Assembly: GCF_016342405.1 (NCBI RefSeq) | Contig: NZ_JAEINN010000011.1 | Location: forward strand, 77,954-141,953 | Source: Maridesulfovibrio ferrireducens | GTDB taxonomy: Bacteria > Desulfobacterota > Desulfovibrionia > Desulfovibrionales > Desulfovibrionaceae | Direction: 5' to 3' | DNA length: 64,000 nt | Shown here: piece after piece, positions 48,159-57,894 of the stretch | How the letters are laid out: each line of letters opens with the position of its first letter | How positions within the stretch are numbered: position 1 is the stretch's first letter | Notes under the pieces: generated by a model | What the model was told of the DNA's origin: nothing | Seen by the model: the letters and a program-made list of their open reading frames with translations, nothing else | Databases searched by the model: none | Program-made: the position numbers and the translations under genes

Positions 48159-50459
48159 ATGCCCGAAAAAATCGGAGTTTATTTCGACCAAGCAAGCATT
48201 TCTCCTTACCTTATAGCTGAAGACCTTGCTGAAGTAGTCAGTAAGGTTTGCGCAAGCGAGTGTCCGGTGATCAAGTGTCACCCGAGACTAAACAGCGAAG
48301 AAGGAAGAAAGCTTATTCAGGAAGATATCGACGCTGGCATCGTCGATGCAGTCTGTATCTGCGGCACAAGCCCTCGCGTGGATTGGGACATTTTCAACTT
48401 TGATAACGTCATGGTTGAACGTGTTAATCTGCGTGAACAGTGCATCAAGGTTTTCAGGAACCCTGACGGCACATTGCCTGATCCAAACGGAGAAGTTCCT
48501 GAACTCCTCAAAATAATGGCAAATGAATATGTCAGAATGGGAATCACTAAACTAACCAAAGGTAACACCTCTGAAAATCAGATTATAGGTTCTACTAAGG
48601 TTGTTATGGTTCTTGGTGGTGGTTTTACCGGTCTTACCGCAGCTCTTTATGCAGCAAAGACCAACCACGACGTAATTCTGGTTGAGAAAGCTGATGCTCT
48701 TGGCGGTAAAGCTGCCACTATGTATAAGACTTTCCCACTTTCATATCCCTATCTCGAAGCTCATGAAACCGGAATTGAAGCTCTGATTGCTGAAGTTGAA
48801 TCAAACTCCAGAATTAAAGTTCTCAAATCCGCACATCTTGATACTCTTGAAGGTGCTCCCGGTGATTATACAGCCAGCGTAACAGTTGGTTCCAGCAAAG
48901 AAGAACTGCCCGTTGGCGCACTTGTTCTTGCTACCGGTTGGGTTCCTCAGGATACTAAGTATGTTGAGCCTATGGGTTACGGTTCTTCCAAAGTTGTTAC
49001 TGCTGCTGAATTTGAAGCAATGGTCAAAGCAGGAAAAATGGACGCATCGTCTGTTGCTTTTGTTCTTGATACACGCCTCAGTGAAGCAAAGTTTGCAGCA
49101 GAAGAAGATGCTTATGCTAATCGTTCTGACGAGCAGGTTGCTTCTGATGAAGCTGACGCAAAAGTAGCGGCTGATGCTGCAAAAGTAGAGGGTGAAGAAG
49201 ACGCATTCGTTTACGAGGATATGGAATCCTATAAACATCTTCCTTACAGCGCAGAACTCAGCAGTCTTGTAGCTCTCAAGCAGGCCAACTACGTTCGTGA
49301 AATGAACTCAAACGGCATTGCATACATCATCTATGACCACATGATGGTTCCGGGTGTGAATGAGCGTTACTACCGTGCTGCCCAGGATGATCCGGGTATC
49401 ATGCTGACCAAAGGTACTGTTACTTCCATTACGGAAGAGGGCAGTTCCATGGTTGTTGCTGCAAGCAATACTCTTCTCGGTGAAAATATTGAAATTCAGG
49501 CTGATCTGGTCGTTGTTCCTACAGGCATGGTTCCAACCACTGCTCACGATCCGACCATCAACCTCGTATATAGACAAGGACCTGCATTCCCCGATCTCCA
49601 GCAGTTCGCAGGATATGCAGACTCCAATTACATCTGTTTCCCTTATGAAACTCGCCGTACCGGTATTTATGCCGCCGGTTGTGTTCGTCAGCCCATGACA
49701 ATGGGACTTGCAAGGGAAGATGCAGCCGGTGCTGTTCTCAAAGCTATTCAGTGTATCAACTCCGCCAATCATGGCGTAGCTGTTCATCCTCGCTCTGGTG
49801 ACAATACCTATCCTGTATTCAACTTCATGCGTTGCACACAGTGTAAACGTTGCACAGAAGAATGTCCTTTCGGTGCACTTGATGATGATGAAAAAGGAAC
49901 ACCAAAGCCGAATCCGTCACGCTGCCGTCGCTGTGGTACCTGTATGGGGGCCTGCCCTGAGCGTGTAATCGGATTTGACAATTATAATATCGACATGATC
50001 GGCTCCATGATTAAGCAGGTTCAAGTTCCTGATGACATGGAAGAAGGTGGTCCTAGATTTATCGTGCTTGCTTGCGAAAACGATGCTTACCCTGCACTCG
50101 ACATGGCTGCCATGCGAGGTAAAGGCTGGTCCCCTTATGTTCGTGTAATTCCTGTTCGCTGTCTCGGCTCTGTGAATACCATCTGGATTGCAGATGCTAT
50201 GAGTAAGGGTATTGATGGAGTTCTGTTGCTCGGATGTAAGTACGGTGAAGATTATCAGTGCCACTTTGTGAAAGGTTCTGAACTGTGTAACCGCCGTATG
50301 GAAAACGTTGCTGATTCTCTCAAGAGACTTGGCGTCGAACCTGAACGTGTTGTCCAGTCCGAACTCGCCATTGACGAATACGACAAGGTTTCTGACCTTA
50401 TCGATACCTTTGTTAATGACATGATCAAGATTGGTCCCAACCCGTTCAAGGGCTACTAG
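48159..50459 (+). CDS. qmoB: QmoB, HdrA-like flavoprotein with ferredoxin and MvhD-like C-terminal regions
   Basis: VLGGGFTGLTAALYAAK, CTQCKRCTEECP and CRRCGTCMGACP. 766 aa. Confidence 0.9.
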   Translation: MPEKIGVYFDQASISPYLIAEDLAEVVSKVCASECPVIKCHPRLNSEEGRKLIQEDIDAGIVDAVCICGTSPRVDWDIFNFDNVMVERVNLREQCIKVFRNPDGTLPDPNGEVPELLKIMANEYVRMGITKLTKGNTSENQIIGSTKVVMVLGGGFTGLTAALYAAKTNHDVILVEKADALGGKAATMYKTFPLSYPYLEAHETGIEALIAEVESNSRIKVLKSAHLDTLEGAPGDYTASVTVGSSKEELPVGALVLATGWVPQDTKYVEPMGYGSSKVVTAAEFEAMVKAGKMDASSVAFVLDTRLSEAKFAAEEDAYANRSDEQVASDEADAKVAADAAKVEGEEDAFVYEDMESYKHLPYSAELSSLVALKQANYVREMNSNGIAYIIYDHMMVPGVNERYYRAAQDDPGIMLTKGTVTSITEEGSSMVVAASNTLLGENIEIQADLVVVPTGMVPTTAHDPTINLVYRQGPAFPDLQQFAGYADSNYICFPYETRRTGIYAAGCVRQPMTMGLAREDAAGAVLKAIQCINSANHGVAVHPRSGDNTYPVFNFMRCTQCKRCTEECPFGALDDDEKGTPKPNPSRCRRCGTCMGACPERVIGFDNYNIDMIGSMIKQVQVPDDMEEGGPRFIVLACENDAYPALDMAAMRGKGWSPYVRVIPVRCLGSVNTIWIADAMSKGIDGVLLLGCKYGEDYQCHFVKGSELCNRRMENVADSLKRLGVEPERVVQSELAIDEYDKVSDLIDTFVNDMIKIGPNPFKGY

Positions 50460-50473
50460 GAGGTAGACGCGAT

Positions 50474-51694
50474 ATGGAAAAAGATGTTCGCATCAAACCG
50501 GATCTGCAGTTTATCAAAGAGCTCCAGGAAGTCGGTGGAGACGCAGTCAAAAAGTGCTATCAGTGCGCAACTTGCAGTGTAGCCTGTCCTCTGTCGCCTG
50601 CTGACAACCCTTATCCGCGTAAGGAAATGGTCTGGGCTCAGTGGGGCCTTAAAGATAAACTTGTTAAAGATATCGATATATGGCTTTGCCATAATTGCGG
50701 AGCATGCTCCGACCTGTGTCCACGTGGCGCACGTCCAGCTGATTTGCTCGCAGCTATGCGTAATCTAGCCTATCAGAAGATAGCTACCCCAACCTTTATT
50801 GGTAAGTGGATGAGCTCTCCGAAACATCTGCCGAAGCTTATTGCTATCCCGGCAGCTATTTACATGGTGATTTGGTTCATCATGGCAGGAGTTCGTGGTT
50901 CCTTCTTCCCTCTTAAAGATGGAAAAGTCGTTTACGGGCATCTTTTCCCCGGCGATTTTACTATTGACCCGATCTTCATGATTGCTTTCGGTTTCATGGT
51001 TTGGACCTTCTATAAAGGAGTCAAAAACCTTATCGGATCATTCGCAGATCAACCAAAGGTCTTTGCTGTTGGTGATAAATCTGAAAGACCAAGTCTTTTG
51101 GTGTGCTTTGTGGATGTTTGCAGAAATGAACTTCTGACACATTCCAAATGGAAAGAATGCGGTGAATCCGATGAAGCTGATGAACAGAAGTTTAATGGAC
51201 ATAGATTCCTTATGCTCGCATTCATCTGCTTGATGGTAGTAACAGGCATAGTTGCTGTTACCCATTGGGGAGGAAAGGTTATACCGTTCCTTACCGCTAT
51301 CGGTCATACTCCGATGCCTCTGTGGCACCCGGTTAAGATTCTTGCCAACATTGGCGCAGTAATGCTCGTTTATTCATTGTTGCTGCTTACCAAACGTCGC
51401 TTGAATCAGGATGATTCCTCGCATGTATCTACCTATTATGACTGGTACTTACTTGGACTTATCTGGACAATTGCAGGAACTGGTATCATGTGTGAATTGC
51501 TTCGCCTCTTCGGCATCGCGATTCTTGCATACCCCATGTACTATGTGCATCTTGTCGCCGTGTTTATGATGTTTGTCTATCTGCCGTGGTCCAAGCTTGG
51601 CCATCTGGTCTACAGGACTGCAGCTTTAACTTATGCAAAACACATCGGCCGTCTACCAATGCCGGTCCGTGAAGAAAAGACTTTTACTCTGTAA
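50474..51694 (+). CDS. qmoC: QmoC, HdrC-like Fe-S domain fused to an HdrE-like haem b membrane domain
   Basis: CYQCATCSVACP and CHNCGACSDLCP, followed by about 6 TM segments. Confidence 0.9.
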   Translation: MEKDVRIKPDLQFIKELQEVGGDAVKKCYQCATCSVACPLSPADNPYPRKEMVWAQWGLKDKLVKDIDIWLCHNCGACSDLCPRGARPADLLAAMRNLAYQKIATPTFIGKWMSSPKHLPKLIAIPAAIYMVIWFIMAGVRGSFFPLKDGKVVYGHLFPGDFTIDPIFMIAFGFMVWTFYKGVKNLIGSFADQPKVFAVGDKSERPSLLVCFVDVCRNELLTHSKWKECGESDEADEQKFNGHRFLMLAFICLMVVTGIVAVTHWGGKVIPFLTAIGHTPMPLWHPVKILANIGAVMLVYSLLLLTKRRLNQDDSSHVSTYYDWYLLGLIWTIAGTGIMCELLRLFGIAILAYPMYYVHLVAVFMMFVYLPWSKLGHLVYRTAALTYAKHIGRLPMPVREEKTFTL

Positions 51695-51715
51695 TAGAGC
51701 AAGGAGGATTTAACC

Positions 51716-52396
51716 ATGTCTGAAGCACGTAAAACTTTCCCCATGAGCACATTTGTAGCTTATGTTAAAGGTGGCGAAAGCAACAACTCCGTTCAGGAAC
51801 TTCTGTCCTATATGACACAGAAGGATATTGACGCTGAATTCGAACCTTTTGCAGCAGCTCTTGCAAAAGCTTGGATTTATGAACAGCATCCCGAACTAGC
51901 TAAAATGAAAACCGGTCAAGTTGCAGGCCTTGGCGAGAACGTCTCTGTAGGCGCTCTTCCAAGTGACGTGATGGTACAGGTTGACAGCATTTTCACTAAA
52001 CTTGCTGACTACCGTTCTACCGCTGTAGCACAGGCTGATATTATTAAAGATCTTGAAGTTAAGCTTGCAGCAGCAGAAGGAAAACTTAGTGTTTCCGATA
52101 AAGCTCTCGCTGAATTCAAAGGCAAATGTGAAGCTTTTGAAGCTTCCGGAAAAGGCGAAGGCGACAAAGTCATCGTTACTTCTCAGGCTAAAGTTGAAGA
52201 GTACATCGGCAAAGTTGATGAACTTCTCGCTTTGATCGAAGACGTTAAAAAGAACGGTGTTGTAACTGTTGCTGCCGGCGCACCTGCTGACGGCGCAGCT
52301 CCTGCAGCTGGAGGCTCTAATGCTCCTGAAACAGGTGGAGCTCCTGCTGATTCTTTCGGTTTCGGTAGTGACCCATTCGGTGACTCCTCTTGGTAG
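51716..52396 (+). CDS. uncharacterised protein trailing qmoABC (coiled-coil, Ala/Gly/Pro-rich acidic tail)
   Basis: 226 aa with a strong SD (AAGGAGG), starting 21 nt after qmoC and followed by a strong terminator. No cofactor motif, signal peptide or TM segment seen. Confidence 0.7.
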   Translation: MSEARKTFPMSTFVAYVKGGESNNSVQELLSYMTQKDIDAEFEPFAAALAKAWIYEQHPELAKMKTGQVAGLGENVSVGALPSDVMVQVDSIFTKLADYRSTAVAQADIIKDLEVKLAAAEGKLSVSDKALAEFKGKCEAFEASGKGEGDKVIVTSQAKVEEYIGKVDELLALIEDVKKNGVVTVAAGAPADGAAPAAGGSNAPETGGAPADSFGFGSDPFGDSSW

Positions 52397-52437
52397 AGCT
52401 ATCTACCCGTCTTTAGCCTTTTAGGTTGAAGTTTTTA

Positions 52438-52475
52438 AAAGCCCTGTCCGCATTAGCGGACAGGGCTTTTTTTTG
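52438..52475 (+). terminator. rho-independent terminator ending the apr-qmo transcription unit
   Basis: AAAAGCCCTGTCCGC-attag-CGGACAGGGCTTTTTTTT. Confidence 0.9.
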
Positions 52476-52969
52476 CCGAATTATATATGGCAATAAGCTC
52501 AACAGCTCGTACTAATTTCATTCGAGACAGTTTGGTTCATTCTGTTCGAATATACATCAAATGGATAGAAAACAGAGCTGATTTTACTTAAGTAGATTGG
52601 TAGTAGAATAAAATATTTGTTTTACCTTGTTAAATAAACGTTTGATAAAGCAAAGGTGGATCATTTAATATAGAGTGATTCAAAAAAGTAGATTGTAAAT
52701 GATATTTGAAAGAAAAGAGGAATGATGCTATAGAATTTCACTGGATTATCGAATGCATCCATCTTTATTTAATAATAAACTTGATTCGTTGATCGCTTTT
52801 GTACTCTGATGTATTAATATTCCTCGTTATTGTATAAAGTTAATGCAGTATTAATGTTTGATGAATCAATAGATATGCGAATAATTAATCATTAGAACGG
52901 GCTAGTACGGAATAAAAATCGTACAAGTACTTGATCCCGAGAACAATAAAGTGTATAGGTGTTACCAAT

Positions 52970-53725
52970 ATGGCAGAACTACATTTACACGACGTGAGCG
53001 TCCGTTTTGGCGGATTGCAGGCTTTGTCAGAGGTTAACTTCTCTCTTATGCCGGGGGAAATTGTAGGGCTTATCGGTCCCAACGGTGCAGGTAAAACAAC
53101 TGTGTTTAATGTTATTACCGGAGTGTACAATGCTTCCGGTGGTGATGTTGTTTATGATGGTGGGAGTCTTCAAGGGCTCAAGCCGTATCAGGTTCTTGCA
53201 AAGGGCATCGCCCGTACTTTTCAGAATATTCGTCTTTTCCAGAATATGACAGCTCTTGAGAACGTAATGGTTGCTCAACATTCCCGCACTGGGTGCGGGG
53301 TGCTTGGCGCAATTTTTCGTACACCTCGTCAGAAGCGTGAAGAGCAAAGAATTAAAGAAAAGGCAATGGAAGAGTTACGGTTTGCCGAACTGGAGGACTT
53401 CGCTGATGAAGTCGCATCCAACCTTCCTTACGGTCATCAAAGGCGGCTTGAAATAGCACGCGCTTTGGCTTCAGAACCGAGTTCGGTTCTGCTTGATGAA
53501 CCGGCGGCAGGACTCAACCCTGCTGAAAGTTCCGAGTTAATGGAAACCATTCGTAGAATCTCCGGTAGAGGGATAAACGTGTTGATGGTGGAGCATGACA
53601 TGAAAGTTGTTATGGGAATCTGTCAGAGACTTGTTGTTCTTGATCACGGAGTAATGATTGCAAAGGGAAATCCTGAAGAAATTCAGAAAAATCCTGCTGT
53701 AATTGAGGCATATCTCGGTAATTAA
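52970..53725 (+). CDS. livG: branched-chain amino acid ABC transporter ATP-binding protein (LivG-type)
   Basis: GPNGAGKTT and LPYGHQRRLEIARAL. Start trimmed to MAELHLHDV. Confidence 0.85.
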   Translation: MAELHLHDVSVRFGGLQALSEVNFSLMPGEIVGLIGPNGAGKTTVFNVITGVYNASGGDVVYDGGSLQGLKPYQVLAKGIARTFQNIRLFQNMTALENVMVAQHSRTGCGVLGAIFRTPRQKREEQRIKEKAMEELRFAELEDFADEVASNLPYGHQRRLEIARALASEPSSVLLDEPAAGLNPAESSELMETIRRISGRGINVLMVEHDMKVVMGICQRLVVLDHGVMIAKGNPEEIQKNPAVIEAYLGN

Positions 53726-53752
53726 CCATATTTACTTTTGGGAGGCGCTTTT

Positions 53753-54886
53753 ATGAAACGTTTATTTCTGACCGTTTTGCTGGCCGCGGCTGTAGTAATG
53801 CTCGGCTCCGGCATAGCATTCGCAAAAACACTCAAAATCGGCACAATGGGTCCTCTAACCGGCCCTTACGCAGCTGATGGTAATGATATTAAGAACGGTG
53901 TCTTAACTGCTGTTGAAGTTGTTAAAGCCAACGGTGGCATTGCCGGTTTTGACGAAATTGAAGTTCTTCCACAGGATACTGCATGCGAACCCCGTCAGGC
54001 AGTAGCCACAGCAAATAAACTGATCAACGAAGGCGTAAACGGCGTTGTCGGATCATATTGTTCGAGCGCAACTCTCCCCGCATCTGAAGTTCTTGATGAA
54101 GAAAGCATCATCATGATTACACCTGCTTCCACTAACGAAAAAGTTACTTCCCGCGGTCTTCCTTATATGTTCCGCATGTGCGGGCGTGATGATGATCAGG
54201 GTGCAATCGCAGTAAAGTTTATGATCGAAAAGTTAGGAGCTAAATCTATCTACGTTGTAGATGATAAAACTGCTTATTCACAGGGACTTGCTGACGGTGT
54301 AGAAAAAATGAGTGCTGCTGCTGGATTGAAAGTTCTTGGCCATGAGCATGTGAACCAGGGCGATAAAGATTTTTCAGCTATTTTAACTAAAGTAAAAACA
54401 GAAAAACCTGACGTATTTTACATGAGTATGCAGAATTCAGCTACCGGTGCGTTGATGCTTATTCAGGCAAAGCGCATGGGTATAAAGGCTGCTGTTCTCG
54501 CACAGGATGCAGTTTATCATCCTCAGTTGATCGAAATTGCAAAAGATGCTGCTGAAAATGTATATCTTACTTTTGGTTATATTAATGACAACGCTCCCGC
54601 ATACAAAGAATTCTATTCTGCATATCAGCCTAAGTTCGGTAGTCCCGGTGCTTATTCCGGTTATGCATATGACAGTGCTATTGCATACTTGAAAGCAGTT
54701 GAAGCTGCCGGTTCCACTGATCCTGCTAAAGTTAAAGCTGAGCTTATGAAGCTTGATTATGAAGGTGCTACAAAGCACGTTAAGTTTAAAGCTAATGGAG
54801 ATTCCGGTTCTAACTACATTATCCGTACTGTTAAAGACGGAAAGTTCAGTAATTACTGGAACCCAGCAACTGGAGAGCTTTACTAG
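53753..54886 (+). CDS. branched-chain amino acid ABC transporter substrate-binding protein (LivK/LivJ family)
   Basis: Signal peptide MKRLFLTVLLAAAVVMLGSGIAFA and a type I periplasmic binding fold pattern. SD GGGAGG. Confidence 0.85.
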   Translation: MKRLFLTVLLAAAVVMLGSGIAFAKTLKIGTMGPLTGPYAADGNDIKNGVLTAVEVVKANGGIAGFDEIEVLPQDTACEPRQAVATANKLINEGVNGVVGSYCSSATLPASEVLDEESIIMITPASTNEKVTSRGLPYMFRMCGRDDDQGAIAVKFMIEKLGAKSIYVVDDKTAYSQGLADGVEKMSAAAGLKVLGHEHVNQGDKDFSAILTKVKTEKPDVFYMSMQNSATGALMLIQAKRMGIKAAVLAQDAVYHPQLIEIAKDAAENVYLTFGYINDNAPAYKEFYSAYQPKFGSPGAYSGYAYDSAIAYLKAVEAAGSTDPAKVKAELMKLDYEGATKHVKFKANGDSGSNYIIRTVKDGKFSNYWNPATGELY

Positions 54887-54952
54887 AGTTTAAGCAATGA
54901 CCGGCCCCCGTCTTAATTGACGGGGGCTATTACGAACAGCCCCCGGATATCC

Positions 54953-55855
54953 ATGGAATATTTTATTCAACAACTCATCAATGGTATAACACTCGGTAGC
55001 GTATATGCGCTCATCGCTCTCGGTTATACTATGGTGTATGGCATTATTCAGCTCATTAACTTTGCTCATGGCGAATTTTTTGCGGCTGGCGGTTATGTAG
55101 GCGTTATTTTCATGAGTTATCTTGTGTCTCAGGGGGCTCCTGCATGGGTTTGTCTTTCAGGATCTTTGATTCTGGCGATGGCATACTGCGCAATGCTTGC
55201 TGTGGCTGTAGAAAAGGTAGCTTATAAACCACTGAGAAACTCATCCAGACTTTCTGTTCTGCTTTCCGCATTGGGTATGTCAATTTTCCTTCAGAACGGC
55301 TTGATGCTTACTCAGGGTGTGTACGACAAACCCTATCCTACCGAGTTGACTCAGGGTGGTTTTGAACTTGGTAATGTAATGCTTTCGTACATGCAGCTTT
55401 TTATTGTAAGTCTGACAGCATTTTTGCTTGTGGCTCTTAATGTTCTTGTTTTTAAAACCAGAATAGGTAAGGCGATGCGCTCTACTGCGCAGGATAAAGT
55501 AATGTCTGCGCTTGTTGGAATTAATGCCAACCGTACAATCAGTATCACTTTCGCAATAGGAGCCAGTCTTGCTGCTGCAGCCGGAATAATGGTCGGGCTT
55601 TATTATGGTTCAGTTCGATACGATATGGGGTTTGTCCCCGGCATCAAGGCTTTTGCTGCCGCTGTATTAGGTGGTATCGGGAATATTACCGGTGCGATGA
55701 TCGGTGGCTTTATTATCGGAATGGTAGAGATTTTTGCCGCAGGTTATATTTCAGGTGAATATAAGGACGTATTTGCGTTCGTGATACTTATAGCGGTTCT
55801 TTATTTCAGACCTTCAGGAATCATGGGAGAGAACGTTGACGATACCAGAGTTTAA
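54953..55855 (+). CDS. livH: branched-chain amino acid ABC transporter permease LivH
   Basis: MEYFIQQLINGITLGSVYALIALGYTMVYG is a typical LivH N-terminus. Confidence 0.85.
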   Translation: MEYFIQQLINGITLGSVYALIALGYTMVYGIIQLINFAHGEFFAAGGYVGVIFMSYLVSQGAPAWVCLSGSLILAMAYCAMLAVAVEKVAYKPLRNSSRLSVLLSALGMSIFLQNGLMLTQGVYDKPYPTELTQGGFELGNVMLSYMQLFIVSLTAFLLVALNVLVFKTRIGKAMRSTAQDKVMSALVGINANRTISITFAIGASLAAAAGIMVGLYYGSVRYDMGFVPGIKAFAAAVLGGIGNITGAMIGGFIIGMVEIFAAGYISGEYKDVFAFVILIAVLYFRPSGIMGENVDDTRV

Positions 55856-57053
55856 AAAACACTGGACTTCCTTAGGGATAGGAATGGTCTGGCTGTTCAT
55901 CCTGTTGTGGCCCCTGCTTGGCGTTAAGCCTGAAGGCCTTGAGATTGCCGGAACATTTAATGTCTGGTGGAGAATCGCTTTAGGCTGCTCATTTATATTG
56001 TTTTTGTATCAATTAAATAAGGGCGGAGCATTTAAGTTTATATCCAGACCTGTGTCAGCAGTAGCGGGTAGCATGAAAAGTGCTTCTTCTGTTGTGCCTC
56101 TTGCAGTCTGGTTTGTTATAGGCATTGGTTGCGTTGCCTTATTGCCTCAGCTCACCGGGCGTTATGCTCAGGATGTCGCGATAAACTGTATGATCTACGT
56201 TTGTCTCGGCCTTGGCCTTAATGTGGTTGTCGGTTTGGCAGGGATGCTAGATCTTGGATATATCGCATTTTACGGCATCGGAGCTTATACTTACGCGATA
56301 CTCTCAGTTCAATTTCAGCTTTCATTCTGGATTTGCTTGCCCATAAGTGCTGCTGCGGCGGGCTTAGGAGCATGGTTGATCGGTTATTGCTCTATGAGAA
56401 TGAGGGGAGATTATCTGGCTATCGTGACGCTGGGTTTTGCTGAAATTGTGCGCATGGTGCTTAATAACTGGATGAGTCTGACCAATGGACCTAATGGGAT
56501 AACCGGTATTAAGGCTCCCGGATTTTACTGGTTTGACTTTACCAATGGCATGACTCTGGAACACCTCTGGCTTAAAAAACTTTCACTTGTATATTATGTG
56601 ATACTTCTTCTTGTAGTATTTACGATTATCGCAGTTTATCGCTTACAGCATTCCCGTATCGGTAGAGCATGGGAAGCTATTCGTGAAGATGAAACAGCTG
56701 CGGAAGTTATGGGCGTTCCCACCTTTTACATGAAGCTTCTGGCGTATTGTACAGGGGCGTGTTTCGGTGGTCTGGCCGGAGCATTTTATGCTGCACGGAT
56801 GAGATTTGTAAGCCCTGAATCTTTCACTTTCCTTGAATCTGCAATGGTGCTTTCCATGGTTGTTCTCGGGGGTATGGGATCAATTCCGGGCGTTATTCTG
56901 GGAGCTTTAGCACTTATAGCACTTCCGGAAATATTCAGAGAATTTGAATTATATCGCATGCTGGTTTTCGGGGGAGTAATGACTCTTATGATGCTCTTCA
57001 GGCCTCAGGGACTTTTACCACCCACACGTAAAATGCGTGCTGGAAAGGATTAA
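55836..57053 (+). CDS. livM: branched-chain amino acid ABC transporter permease LivM (with N-terminal extension)
   Basis: Polytopic protein with LDLGYIAFYGIGAYT and MRGDYLAIVTLGFAEI motifs. The TTG start at 55836 overlaps livH by 20 nt, so the start is uncertain. Confidence 0.8.
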   Translation: MTIPEFKKHWTSLGIGMVWLFILLWPLLGVKPEGLEIAGTFNVWWRIALGCSFILFLYQLNKGGAFKFISRPVSAVAGSMKSASSVVPLAVWFVIGIGCVALLPQLTGRYAQDVAINCMIYVCLGLGLNVVVGLAGMLDLGYIAFYGIGAYTYAILSVQFQLSFWICLPISAAAAGLGAWLIGYCSMRMRGDYLAIVTLGFAEIVRMVLNNWMSLTNGPNGITGIKAPGFYWFDFTNGMTLEHLWLKKLSLVYYVILLLVVFTIIAVYRLQHSRIGRAWEAIREDETAAEVMGVPTFYMKLLAYCTGACFGGLAGAFYAARMRFVSPESFTFLESAMVLSMVVLGGMGSIPGVILGALALIALPEIFREFELYRMLVFGGVMTLMMLFRPQGLLPPTRKMRAGKD

Positions 57054-57056
57054 GTC

Positions 57057-57770
57057 ATGACTGAACCAATATTAGAATTACGGGACATTAAGTCCGGATA
57101 TGGTAGCATTAAGGCCCTCAAAGGGATTAGTCTTAAAGTTTATGAAGGGGAAATTGTATCGATTATCGGCGCGAATGGTGCGGGTAAGAGTACAACTCTC
57201 ATGACTATATGTAATATTGTTCATGCCACAAGCGGCGACATCTTTTACAAAGGTAAAAGGATAAATCAGGTTGCATCTGATAAATTGCCTGCAATGGGAC
57301 TTTGTCAGGTTCCTGAAGGGCGCAGGATTTTTCCGCGTCTGACTATTGAAGAGAATCTCGATATGGGGGCTTTTTTCAGAAATGATAAGGAAATTGAAGA
57401 TGACAAAGAAAGAGTCTTCGGGATGTTTCCTATCCTTCGTGAAAGATGCAGGCAGGCCGGCGGAACTTTGTCAGGCGGAGAGCAGCAGATGCTTGCTATC
57501 GGCAGGGCTTTAATGAGCAGACCGAAAGTTCTTTTACTGGATGAGCCTTCTTTGGGACTTGCTCCGCTGATTGTTAAGCAGATTTTTGATATTATCAAAG
57601 AGATTAACAAGCTCGGGACGACAATTATTCTGGTAGAACAGAATGCAAAGGTGGCGCTGAGTATGGCCAACAGAGGTTATGTTCTTGAGACCGGGCATGT
57701 AGTTATGGAAGATGAAGCTCATAAGCTTTTAAACAATCCTGATATTCAAAAGGCGTATCTCGGCGAATAA
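57057..57770 (+). CDS. livF: branched-chain amino acid ABC transporter ATP-binding protein LivF
   Basis: GANGAGKST and LSGGEQQMLAIGRAL. Confidence 0.9.
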   Translation: MTEPILELRDIKSGYGSIKALKGISLKVYEGEIVSIIGANGAGKSTTLMTICNIVHATSGDIFYKGKRINQVASDKLPAMGLCQVPEGRRIFPRLTIEENLDMGAFFRNDKEIEDDKERVFGMFPILRERCRQAGGTLSGGEQQMLAIGRALMSRPKVLLLDEPSLGLAPLIVKQIFDIIKEINKLGTTIILVEQNAKVALSMANRGYVLETGHVVMEDEAHKLLNNPDIQKAYLGE

Positions 57771-57803
57771 CTCTATTGTTTCAGATAATTAGTTTGCATT
57801 TTT

Positions 57804-57846
57804 AAAAGTCTCTCAAGCCTCAACGGATTGAGAGACTTTTTTTTAT
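57804..57846. terminator. bidirectional terminator between livF and the convergent Lys/Glu-rich protein gene
   Basis: AAAAGTCTCTCAA...TTGAGAGACTTTTTTTT. Confidence 0.85.
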
Positions 57847-57894
57847 TCATCTATGCACTTTTCAGAATTAGCTATGGGAAAGCAAAGCAGCGAA

